64,000 nucleotides of DNA from an uncultured Pseudomonadota bacterium (GTDB taxonomy: Bacteria; Myxococcota_A; Polyangia; Fen-1088), in NCBI GenBank assembly GCA_963847705.1, contig CAWKBC010000047.1, forward strand, positions 128,001-192,000, written 5' to 3'. Both the position numbers and the translations under genes were made by a program. Position 1 is the stretch's first letter; each line of letters starts with the position of its first letter. This document shows positions 38,610 to 47,095 of the stretch, piece by piece. Under the pieces are notes generated by a model. It ran no database searches. It had not been told where the DNA came from and was given only the letters and a program-made list of their open reading frames with translations.

Positions 38610-39425
38610 ATGCAAGAACCGTCGGCGAGATCGGCCCCGTCCGAGCACCTGGCGATTTGCGGTGCCACCGATGTTGGAGCTTCGCGCAAGAACAATCAGG
38701 ACACCTTCGTCATCGCCGATCTGCGATCGGGCGATCTGAGCAACCCCTGCGACCGGGCGGAGATCCCGCTGTCGAGACAGGGGATCTTGTTGCTGGTCTG
38801 CGATGGGATGGGCGGAGCCGCCGCCGGCGATATCGCGGCGCGAATCGCGGCCGAGGCCATCAAGCAGCAGCTGGTGGGCAGCGGTCGGGCGACGATCGAG
38901 CATCCTGACGAATCCTTGAAGAGCGCCGTCTGTGGCGCCAACGGAGCCGTCTTGGCGGAGGCCAAGGCGCACCCCGAGACCCGTGGGATGGGGACCACCT
39001 GCACCGCGGCGATCGTCCTGCCGGACCGGCTGTTCATTGCGCAGGTCGGTGATTCGCGCGCCTATCTTCTGCGCAACGGCCGGCTGCTCCTCTTGACGCG
39101 CGATCAAACGGTGGCCGAACAGCTGGTGGATTCCGGCGCGCTTCGGCCCGAGGACGTCAGCACCTTCGCTTACAGCCACGTCCTCATCCAGGCCGTGGGG
39201 ACCCGGTCGACGATTGAGCCCATCACCACGGACCTGCTCCTGCAGCGCGGCGATCGGATCTTGCTCTGCTCCGATGGACTGCACGGCCCGGTTGCCGATC
39301 CCGAGATCACCCGCATTCTGGGCGGCTCCCCGGACATCAACAGCGTCGCCCACGAGTTGATTCAGGCGGCGCTGAGGGCCGGTGGGCCGGACAACGTGAC
39401 CGTGGTCGTGGCCGACTGCGAATAG
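38610..39425 (+). CDS. PP2C-family Ser/Thr protein phosphatase
   Basis: TDVG..RKNNQD, VCDGMGG, GMGTT, QVGDSRAY, LTRDQT, LCSDGL, GGPDNVT. Confidence 0.93.
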   Translation: MQEPSARSAPSEHLAICGATDVGASRKNNQDTFVIADLRSGDLSNPCDRAEIPLSRQGILLLVCDGMGGAAAGDIAARIAAEAIKQQLVGSGRATIEHPDESLKSAVCGANGAVLAEAKAHPETRGMGTTCTAAIVLPDRLFIAQVGDSRAYLLRNGRLLLLTRDQTVAEQLVDSGALRPEDVSTFAYSHVLIQAVGTRSTIEPITTDLLLQRGDRILLCSDGLHGPVADPEITRILGGSPDINSVAHELIQAALRAGGPDNVTVVVADCE

Positions 39426-39524
39426 AGGACGCAAAGCCAACGCGTCCCCGCCCCCCTCGGCGAAAAGCGGCCGGACAGCCTGACGGCGAACCGCCGCACG
39501 ATTCGGCTAAGCTCCGCGCTGGTC

Positions 39525-41789
39525 GTGGCAATCCGCAGGTCCCAAAATCTGACGGTCTACTTTTGCAGCCTGGCGTGGCTGGTTCTCGGGTGTGGCGAGC
39601 AGGGAGCAGCGCCCAGGTCGACGGACGCCTCGACGACCGCCACCGACGGCGCGCCGCCCATCTGTTCGCAGATGCATCGCGACGTCAGCCGCTGGCAGGG
39701 GACGGAGATCGCGGATTGCGGACCCGACGTGAGCGGGCTCCTCGAGCTGTCACCGATCGGCAACGGCTGGCTGCTGGTGCGTCGGCGGTTCTCGCCACTC
39801 GACGACCTGTGGTCTCTCTCCCCGCAAGGCGTGCCCGGCGTCGAGCCGACCTCGGTCGATCAGGTGACGGATGCCGCCACGGCCGGCTTCACGCTGCTCC
39901 CGGGCGCACCCCCCCGGGTGTTGGTCTACGATCCCCGCCAGTCGCAGTGGAATCTCTACGTCACCGAGAGCTCGCCCATCACCGGCGCCATCCTGGCCAG
40001 CGCGGGTGAGGGGCAATGGCCCACGGGGTACTGGCCGGCCAATGAAGCTGGCCTCCCCTGGAATCGCCAGTTCATCGGCCTCGAGGATGGCAACGTCCTC
40101 GATCGCGATCTCGGTGACGGCAGCACCCGGATCTGGACGGTGGCCGCTAGCGCGGACGCCACCAGCCCCACCGCGTTGGTCCCGTCTGCCAGCCTGGTCG
40201 GCGCTCCTCAGGAGCAGTTCCGCCGCGGCCACCGGTTGGTCCACCTCGGTCCGAATCGTCTGCTCGAATGGGTGCCGCGGCCCTGCGCCAGCCGCACCGC
40301 CCCCTCGGATCCCTGCGCGGGCTCGGACTTCAACGTCTGGAGCTATTCCCTCGGTGGGGGAGCGCCGCTCAACTTTCAGATCGTTTCCTCCGGGTTTTGG
40401 CCCGACCTGGGCGACGAAAGCGACGTCGAGGCCGACGGCGAGCATCTGTTCGTCTGGACCCGCGCCACCGGCCGTCTGCGCTCGTACGCGATCGATCCGA
40501 CCCTGGCCGATCCCCTGGGCCAATCGCCGGCCGCCGATCCGCCGGCGAACGCCCAGCTCGCCAGCCAGGACTGGGCTCCGCCCACCTCGGCGCCGGCGAT
40601 CAAGCACCTGGTGGTGATCCTGCAAGACGGACGCTCGTTCGATTCGTATTTCGGACACTCCTGTCAGAGCCCGCCCGGCACGGGCACGCCGCCACCCTGT
40701 ACCAGTGGCGCGTCCTGCTGCGAGGCGATCCCGGCGTCCGTTCCCGGCGCCGCCACCTGCACCGATCCCGAGACCGAGACCAGTTACCAACCGGACAGCT
40801 CGCCGGAGTGCCTGCGGGCCAAGATCAACGGCGGCGACATGCAGGGATTTGCGGTCTCGCATCCGCCCGAGGCTTGCGGCGATCCGCGCGACTTCGCCTG
40901 CGCGGCGGCCGGCCCAGGCTCCGGCGGCGCCGCGATCTACCAGGACCTGGCCGCCGGCGGCGCGCTGGCCGACCGTTACTTCCAGACCTACGCGTTCGAG
41001 GAGAGCGTGGCGGCCGGCTCGGATCCGGAACCGGATCCTCTGATCGAGAACCTCCTCTATCTGGTGTCGTCGCGGTTCGCGTCGTATTTTCCTTCGCTCA
41101 TCGATTCGCCGCTTCTCACCAAGGAGCTGGTCCGCCTCCAGGTGGCCTGGGCGATCTACGCCGGCCCGACCGACCTCCCCCAGCTGGAGGCCTTCGGCGT
41201 GCCGATTTACTACGACCCGGACTGGTTCCCTTTCCGCTCCCTGAACGGCGGAGAGCTCGAGCACGACATCGCGGTGGGCGCCTTGCCGGCGGTCGCGGTG
41301 GTTCTGCCCGATCGCGGAGATCCGGCCCGCAGCGAGGCGCCTGGCCAGCCATTCGATCCGGGGATCGCCTACACCCAGTCGCTGGTGAAGGCCATCGCCG
41401 CCTCGCCCTACCAGAACGACACGCTGGTGCTGCTGACCCATCTGACGGCGGGCGGCTTCTACGATCACGTGCCGCCGCCGCCGCCGCCGCCGCTCTCGGT
41501 GGACGCCTCGAGTGACATGGCGGCGCTGGCGACGGCCATCCACTACGGCCCCCGCGTCCCCTTCCTGGCGCTGGGGAAATTCGCCCGCAGCGGCACCGTG
41601 TCGCACGCTCAGCTGGAGCTCTCGTCCGTCACCAAGTTCGTCGAATGGAACTGGATGCACGGGGTGGCGCTGAAGGGCATTCGCGAAGGGAACGATCTGC
41701 GCCGCTACCGAGACACCGCCGTCAACAACCTCGGCTCTCTCATCGACGGAACGGCGGCGGGGATCGACGTGCCGGCCGGCTCCGACTGA
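39525..41789 (+). CDS. Lipoprotein with novel N-terminal beta domain and degenerate phosphoesterase (PLC/AcpA-family) domain
   Basis: Lipobox VLGC; IKHLVVILQDGRSFDSYFG, LADRYFQ, GGFYDHVPPP, YGPRVP, SSVTKFVEWNW. Confidence 0.8.
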   Translation: MAIRRSQNLTVYFCSLAWLVLGCGEQGAAPRSTDASTTATDGAPPICSQMHRDVSRWQGTEIADCGPDVSGLLELSPIGNGWLLVRRRFSPLDDLWSLSPQGVPGVEPTSVDQVTDAATAGFTLLPGAPPRVLVYDPRQSQWNLYVTESSPITGAILASAGEGQWPTGYWPANEAGLPWNRQFIGLEDGNVLDRDLGDGSTRIWTVAASADATSPTALVPSASLVGAPQEQFRRGHRLVHLGPNRLLEWVPRPCASRTAPSDPCAGSDFNVWSYSLGGGAPLNFQIVSSGFWPDLGDESDVEADGEHLFVWTRATGRLRSYAIDPTLADPLGQSPAADPPANAQLASQDWAPPTSAPAIKHLVVILQDGRSFDSYFGHSCQSPPGTGTPPPCTSGASCCEAIPASVPGAATCTDPETETSYQPDSSPECLRAKINGGDMQGFAVSHPPEACGDPRDFACAAAGPGSGGAAIYQDLAAGGALADRYFQTYAFEESVAAGSDPEPDPLIENLLYLVSSRFASYFPSLIDSPLLTKELVRLQVAWAIYAGPTDLPQLEAFGVPIYYDPDWFPFRSLNGGELEHDIAVGALPAVAVVLPDRGDPARSEAPGQPFDPGIAYTQSLVKAIAASPYQNDTLVLLTHLTAGGFYDHVPPPPPPPLSVDASSDMAALATAIHYGPRVPFLALGKFARSGTVSHAQLELSSVTKFVEWNWMHGVALKGIREGNDLRRYRDTAVNNLGSLIDGTAAGIDVPAGSD

Positions 41790-41813
41790 GCCGGTCCACG
41801 GCTGCCCCTCGGT

Positions 41814-42482
41814 TCACGGCCCGTGGCTGGCGCGACAGGTGCGGACGTCGGGAAAGTCCTGGGAGGGCTGGAGGATCATCTCGACCTTCTGTGGATTGAC
41901 GGAGTTCGTTCCGGCGGCCAGCTGTCCCTGACAGTTGTAGTTCACCAGGGCGTACCCGATCTGCGCCGGCAGGGTCAGCGGCGAGCTGCTCTGGGGCGAG
42001 GGGAAGGGCGTCTCGACATAGGTGAGGACGTTGGCCGATCCCGCCAGATAGCGCTCGGGCGCCGAGATGGTGGCGCGCGGGCCCTTCACCAGAAATCCCC
42101 CGTCGCCGTCCGAATCGTCGACGATCACGATCTCGGCCATCGCCAGCTGCTGGGAGACTTTGCCCGAGGGGGCGGCGAGCTCGACCACCGCCTCGGGCGG
42201 CGGTGGCCGGAAGATGTCGACGGTGAAGGTGTCGGCGGCCGTGTCGACGGTCGACTGCAGCCAGCGCGCCGGCATGGTCACGTCAGGGCTGCGCTGCAAG
42301 GGATCGGTCCAGAGCAACCCGACGATCGGGTGCTGGGCCTGGGCGAGGCCACCCGTCGGGCTGATGGTTCCGCTGAAGGAGAGCAGAGGCTGGTCGTAGG
42401 CCGCGCCGGGGACCACGCCCCGTCCGCAGGCTCCTGCCGCGCTGGCCATGAACAGCGCGAAGAGGGCGGCCTGATTTTTCAA
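41814..42482 (-). CDS. Lipoprotein of unknown function, last gene of the ECF-caspase operon
   Basis: TTG start overlapping the caspase stop (TTGA); lipobox AGAC; C-terminal part of ORF 41814..44018. Confidence 0.7.
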   Translation of the reverse strand: MKNQAALFALFMASAAGACGRGVVPGAAYDQPLLSFSGTISPTGGLAQAQHPIVGLLWTDPLQRSPDVTMPARWLQSTVDTAADTFTVDIFRPPPPEAVVELAAPSGKVSQQLAMAEIVIVDDSDGDGGFLVKGPRATISAPERYLAGSANVLTYVETPFPSPQSSSPLTLPAQIGYALVNYNCQGQLAAGTNSVNPQKVEMILQPSQDFPDVRTCRASHGP

Positions 42483-44041
42483 AACGAGGTCCCCGCTCCC
42501 AGCGCTGACGCGAAGGCCGGCCGCCAGTCGGTCCCGCTGCCCGCCGTGGCGGTCTGCACCCGCAGCGCATAGATCGGGAGGCCCAGGTCGAGGCGAATGA
42601 AGAAGCGGCGCCCGATGGTCAGCTCCGCCAGCGCCACCGGTCCCAGGTAAGGGTTGAAGGTGTCGCGCTGCTCTCCGTCGTCCAACGTTTGCGCCAGGTA
42701 CGCGAGGCCCACCTCCGCGCCGAAGGCGCAGGTCAGGCTGGAGCGCCGCGTGACCGGTCCGACGTCGATCGCCCGCACCACCGCCGCCGCCACAGAAAGA
42801 TCCCAGGTCGTGGACGACAGCCGCTCGGAGGCCTGCTGCGCGTGACCGAGACCGAGGCGCAGCTCCAACGAGACGGGGCGGAGATCGGCCCGCGCCGCCA
42901 CCACGGCGCCCGCCGACAGGCCCAGATCTTCGAGCGGGCTCCGAACCGCCGTCGAGATCGCCATCGCGTACGCCGCCTCGGGTCCCTGCCCCTTGCGCAC
43001 CATCCGTCCGAAGGCGACCGGATGGCTGGCCGTCTGGCTGATGGTGGCCGCCGTTCCGTCGCCCACGCTCAGGTTGGCGACGTCGAGCTCGTCTCGTTCG
43101 CGCCGGGTGATCTCGTAAGGGCCCGGCTCGAGCGCCAGGATGTCGTCGCCGCGGCTGACCGTCTCGGCGGCCATCGTGCCGTCGGCGCGACGCACGAAGT
43201 ACCAGCCGGGGACGTCCAGCCGCAGCTGCCCGTAGCCGGTCCCCGCCAGGCCTGGGCGGGTGAGGATCAGATCGTCGCGGCCGGTCAGATCGAGACGAAA
43301 GGTGGGGTGCTGCGGTCCGGTGCTGGTCCCCATGGTCGCCGCCAGCGTGTGGTCGGCGGTGTAGTCGAACACCTCGCCGAGGGAGACGTTCCCGTCGCGG
43401 TTTCGATCGGCCAGGCCCGAAAGACCGACCTCGAGATAGTGGGTGAACACGGAGGCGCGCAGCTGATCGGATTCCTGCGCCATCTCCGATCCCGAGCTGG
43501 CGGCCAGGATGGCCAGACCCCTGGTGGCTTCCCCCTTCGCCAGATCGATCTCGAACCCCGGACCCGGACGGCCGCCTTTGGGGCGCGTCAGCACTCCGGC
43601 CTGACAGGCGTCGAGGATCAGCACCTTGGTCGCCGCGGGAAGCGCGCTCACGGTCTCTCGCAGCTGCCCCAGCGGAAACGCCGAGGCGCCGAGGTGGAGC
43701 GCCTGGGCGTCGGCGTGACCCGAGTAGTAGACCAGCACCAGGTGGTCGCCCGGCGTGGTGCGCAGGCGGTCCGCCACCTCGGCCAGCGCGCTCTGCAGCT
43801 CGCCGGCCGTTCGCGCCAGCAACACCACCGTCTTGCCGCTGGAGAATCCACCGAGCCGGGTGAGGAGCTCGGCCAGACGGACGGTGTCGCTCTCCGCGAA
43901 CCGGAGGTGGGCCTCGCTCCCCTGGCCTTCGTTGTTGCCGACCAGGACGGCGAAGCGCGCCGCCGCCGCTGGAGCGCTGAGCCCCAACGAGCCAACCAGC
44001 GCCAGCAGCGGCAGGCAAGCTCTGCAGGACCTGACCATCAC
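42479..44041 (-). CDS. Exported caspase-family (peptidase C14) protein with barrel-like C-terminus
   Basis: Signal peptide, RFAVLVGNN, YYSGHAD and ILDACQAG dyad, AQESD, FTHYL..GL.G.AD; C-terminal alternating strands ending in Phe. Confidence 0.88.
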   Translation of the reverse strand: MMVRSCRACLPLLALVGSLGLSAPAAAARFAVLVGNNEGQGSEAHLRFAESDTVRLAELLTRLGGFSSGKTVVLLARTAGELQSALAEVADRLRTTPGDHLVLVYYSGHADAQALHLGASAFPLGQLRETVSALPAATKVLILDACQAGVLTRPKGGRPGPGFEIDLAKGEATRGLAILAASSGSEMAQESDQLRASVFTHYLEVGLSGLADRNRDGNVSLGEVFDYTADHTLAATMGTSTGPQHPTFRLDLTGRDDLILTRPGLAGTGYGQLRLDVPGWYFVRRADGTMAAETVSRGDDILALEPGPYEITRRERDELDVANLSVGDGTAATISQTASHPVAFGRMVRKGQGPEAAYAMAISTAVRSPLEDLGLSAGAVVAARADLRPVSLELRLGLGHAQQASERLSSTTWDLSVAAAVVRAIDVGPVTRRSSLTCAFGAEVGLAYLAQTLDDGEQRDTFNPYLGPVALAELTIGRRFFIRLDLGLPIYALRVQTATAGSGTDWRPAFASALGAGTSF

Positions 44042-44057
44042 GCCCGGACGGCGACCT

Positions 44058-44894
44058 TCATGGCGCCGACTTGCGCAGCAGCACCGAGCTCTCGGCGCAG
44101 CCGGTGCCCAGGGAGCCCACGGCCTCGGGGCGGCCGCCGGCCATGGCCAGCGCAGCCCGGGCCCTTTCTTTCAAGGTCTCGGGCGGCGTCTCGGTCGGAC
44201 AAACGACCGCCACAATCCGCTCGAATCCCCCGGTCTCGTCGGCGATCACGCTTCCGGGCAACGTCACCGGGCCCGTCGCTTCGACCGGCGTCGGCCGCGC
44301 CGTCGAACCGGCCGCCGGCACGTAGATCGTCACCGACGGCGCGCCATCCAACCCCAGAACGACGGCGAAGCCGGGCCGCGCCGCGGCGACCGTGAACCGC
44401 ATCTCCTCGCCGGCGCGCAGCGGCCCTTCTCCGTTGACCGCCTCGACGGTGGGCGTCCCGCCATTCGCCGGCGTGCGCTTGACGTGCACGGTGAGAGCGA
44501 GCCCTCCCTTGGTTCGATCGGCCCCCTCCGCCGAGGTCTCGTCGGGAGAACCGCTCCGATGGCCCCAGAGGACCAACCCGGCCACCGCGGCGCTGCCCAC
44601 TGCGCCCCCGAGGCCGATCCAACGCCGCCGCGCGCGGGCCCGTCTGGTCGCCGCCGCCGCCGCCGCCGTTGCCCCCGGTGACGACAGCAGCGGCCGGAAA
44701 ACCAGCGGGTCGGGGGCCAAGGTGGGATCGGCCTGCCGGGCCGCCAGGCGTGGTCCGCAGATCGCACAGCCGTCGAGGTGATGCCTCAGGTCGGCCTCGC
44801 GGGCGTGCCCGGCCAGATCGCCCGACAGCAGCTCGTCGAGCTCGAGATCCGAAGGACAGCCCTCCTTCCGCCGGCGCGGGGCGAGCGACCTCAT
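44058..44894 (-). CDS. Zinc-finger (ZAS) anti-sigma factor with TM helix and periplasmic DUF4384-like domain
   Basis: HLDGCAIC (HxxxCxxC), TM, RTKGG, LRAGEEMRF, LPGSVIAD...G.ER. Confidence 0.8.
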   Translation of the reverse strand: MRSLAPRRRKEGCPSDLELDELLSGDLAGHAREADLRHHLDGCAICGPRLAARQADPTLAPDPLVFRPLLSSPGATAAAAAATRRARARRRWIGLGGAVGSAAVAGLVLWGHRSGSPDETSAEGADRTKGGLALTVHVKRTPANGGTPTVEAVNGEGPLRAGEEMRFTVAAARPGFAVVLGLDGAPSVTIYVPAAGSTARPTPVEATGPVTLPGSVIADETGGFERIVAVVCPTETPPETLKERARAALAMAGGRPEAVGSLGTGCAESSVLLRKSAP

Positions 44895-45379
44895 TGCGCC
44901 ACCCTCAGGTCGGGAAACAGGCTATCGACCGTCCCTCGAAAGGCCGCCAGGCGGTTGCTCACCGTCCGCCGGGAGACGCCGATCAACCGCCCAATCTCGT
45001 CGTAGGTCAGCTCGTCGAGGAAGAAATAGACCGCGATGTCTTGCAGCTCCTCGGGGACGCGGTTCAGGATCTCGAACAGCACCGCGCGGGCCTCCCCGTT
45101 CGGCGCGACCTCCCGTCCGGGCGGGTACTTCGCGAGGAGTTCGTTCCGGCGTTTCCGGTCCCGCAGCTGGTTCAGACAGAAATTGGTGGTCACGCAATGG
45201 AGCCACGCGGTGGGCGTTGGCTCGAGCGGCAACTTTCCACCGGCCCGGATGACCCGCATGAAGACCTCCTGCGTGGCGTCGCGCGCCGCTTCGTCATCGA
45301 CCAGCAGCTCGCGCGCTCGCCGGTAGACACTTCGACTATAGCGAAGATAGAGCTGTTCAAGATCATCCCAAGACTGCAA
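44891..45379 (-). CDS. ECF RNA polymerase sigma factor
   Basis: ARDATQEVFMR, AWLHCVTTNFCLN.LR, LTYDEIG.LIGVSRRTVSNRL. Confidence 0.92.
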   Translation of the reverse strand: MQSWDDLEQLYLRYSRSVYRRARELLVDDEAARDATQEVFMRVIRAGGKLPLEPTPTAWLHCVTTNFCLNQLRDRKRRNELLAKYPPGREVAPNGEARAVLFEILNRVPEELQDIAVYFFLDELTYDEIGRLIGVSRRTVSNRLAAFRGTVDSLFPDLRVAQ

Positions 45380-45839
45380 GGCGGCGCAAAGCTACCGCGG
45401 GGGATCTTGCTCGGCCAATGGTTCCTTGCGCCGATTCCGGCGCGGGGCGCTGGCGATCCCGGGTTCACATCGTGCCGGTTCTGGCCGGCCACTGCGGCGG
45501 CATCCTGCCACGTCCATGTCGCTGCGCGCCGCTGGCGGACCAGCGCTGCAGCGTGAAGAGAGAAGAGGGATTCGCGGGGCATGGTTCAAAGCGGTCGCGC
45601 CTCTCGAATATGAAAACCCCCGACCGCTCCGCGCAGAGCACAATTTTTCTTTCCGCGCGCTCGACCCGGAGCTGAAAACGACCGTGGCCCGCCGAATTGT
45701 TTGCCCCCGGAAGACCGCTCGGGGGTCCCGAACCCCAACCTGAGGATCCATCCCGCCATCTTCGGACCCTTGGCCGCCGTCCCGGTAGTCCGTCGTATTG
45801 CCGCGCCGCTGGGGCGTCCGCAAGGTGGGGTGGTGGACC

Positions 45840-46466
45840 ATGCCCGCAGGGCCGCTCATCGCCTGTCCCGAGTGCGATCTGCTCCAACGCGAGCCGTCGC
45901 TGTCTGCGCGGGGGCGGGTTCACTGCGCTCGCTGCGGGGCGTTCCTTTACCGCCAGGTCCCGGGAGGCATGCAACGCGCGGTCGCTTATGCGGCGGCCGC
46001 CGCCATCGTGCTGCTGATCGCGAACCTCTCGGTCATGGTGGGGCTGGAGGCGCAGGGCAATCGCACCTCGACCACGCTCGTGGGGACGGTGCTCTCTCTC
46101 CGGGCACAGGGCCTGGCGAGCGTGGGGGCGCTGGTCCTGACGACGGCTCTGGTGATGCCTGCGCTCGAGCTCGGGTTGACGCTCTATCTGCTGGCGCTGC
46201 TTCGCTTCCGGTCCCGCCCGTCGTGCTTCCCGATGACGCTGGCGCTGCTTCAGACCGCGCGCCGCTGGAGCATGATCGAGGTGCTCGTGCTGGGGACGTT
46301 GGCCGCGCTGGCCAGGCTCGCCTCGTTGGCGCGGGTCGAGATCGGCCCGGGGCTGTGGGCCTTTGGAGCGCTCATGGCGCTGATGGCGATGATCCCGAAC
46401 GCCTTCGACCTCCGCGAGATGGCGACCCGGCTGAACTGGCGGCCGACCCGGACTGAAAGAGGCTGA
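45840..46466 (+). CDS. pqiA: Paraquat-inducible protein A (N-half)
   Basis: ACPECDLL, CARCGAFL, WSMIEV. Confidence 0.9.
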   Translation: MPAGPLIACPECDLLQREPSLSARGRVHCARCGAFLYRQVPGGMQRAVAYAAAAAIVLLIANLSVMVGLEAQGNRTSTTLVGTVLSLRAQGLASVGALVLTTALVMPALELGLTLYLLALLRFRSRPSCFPMTLALLQTARRWSMIEVLVLGTLAALARLASLARVEIGPGLWAFGALMALMAMIPNAFDLREMATRLNWRPTRTERG

Positions 46467-47095
46467 TGGCGCTCACGGCTGCGCGGTCGAATCTGCTCTT
46501 CTGCCCATCGTGTAAGAGTCTGAACCGGGCGGCTCCCGCCGGCGCAGCGGCCGGCCAGGCAGCCTGCGCCCGTTGCGGCTTGGTCGTGCACCGGCGCAAG
46601 CCGCGCAGCCTTTCGCGGACGCTGGCCCTGCTGCTCGCGGCGTCCATCCTCTACGCTCCGGCGAACCTGCTGCCAATCCTGGAGACCAGCTCCCCGTTGG
46701 GATCGCAGCGCGACACCATCATGAGCGGGGTGGTCTATCTGTGGGCCACCGGCGCGTGGCCCCTGGCGGTGCTGATCTTCGTCGCCAGCATCCTCATCCC
46801 GCTGGCAAAGTTGCTGGCGCTGGCGTTCCTTTTGTTGTCGGTGCACCGGCGCTGGCGCAGGGCGCGCTTGCAGCGCGCGCGACTCTATCGCCTGGTCGAG
46901 CGCGTCGGGCGCTGGTCGATGACCGACATCTTCGTGGCGGCGATCGTGAGCGCGCTGGTGCAGCTGCAGGGCGTCGCCACCATCACGGTCGGTCCGGGTG
47001 CGCCCGCCTTCGGTGCGGTCGTGGTGCTCACGCTGCTGGCCACGCGGGCGTTCGATCCGCGCCTCATCTGGGATCGGTCTCGAGGAGAAGGATGA
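46466..47095 (+). CDS. pqiA: Paraquat-inducible protein A (C-half)
   Basis: CPSC, CARCG, PANLLP, TIMSGV, GRWSMTDIFV, FDPRLIWD. Confidence 0.92.
   Translation: MALTAARSNLLFCPSCKSLNRAAPAGAAAGQAACARCGLVVHRRKPRSLSRTLALLLAASILYAPANLLPILETSSPLGSQRDTIMSGVVYLWATGAWPLAVLIFVASILIPLAKLLALAFLLLSVHRRWRRARLQRARLYRLVERVGRWSMTDIFVAAIVSALVQLQGVATITVGPGAPAFGAVVVLTLLATRAFDPRLIWDRSRGEG

Noticed and set aside
41814-44018. 734-aa ORF as a single gene
   Set aside because: Only the last 222 codons (from TTG 42482) look real; the rest is an off-frame overlap with the caspase gene
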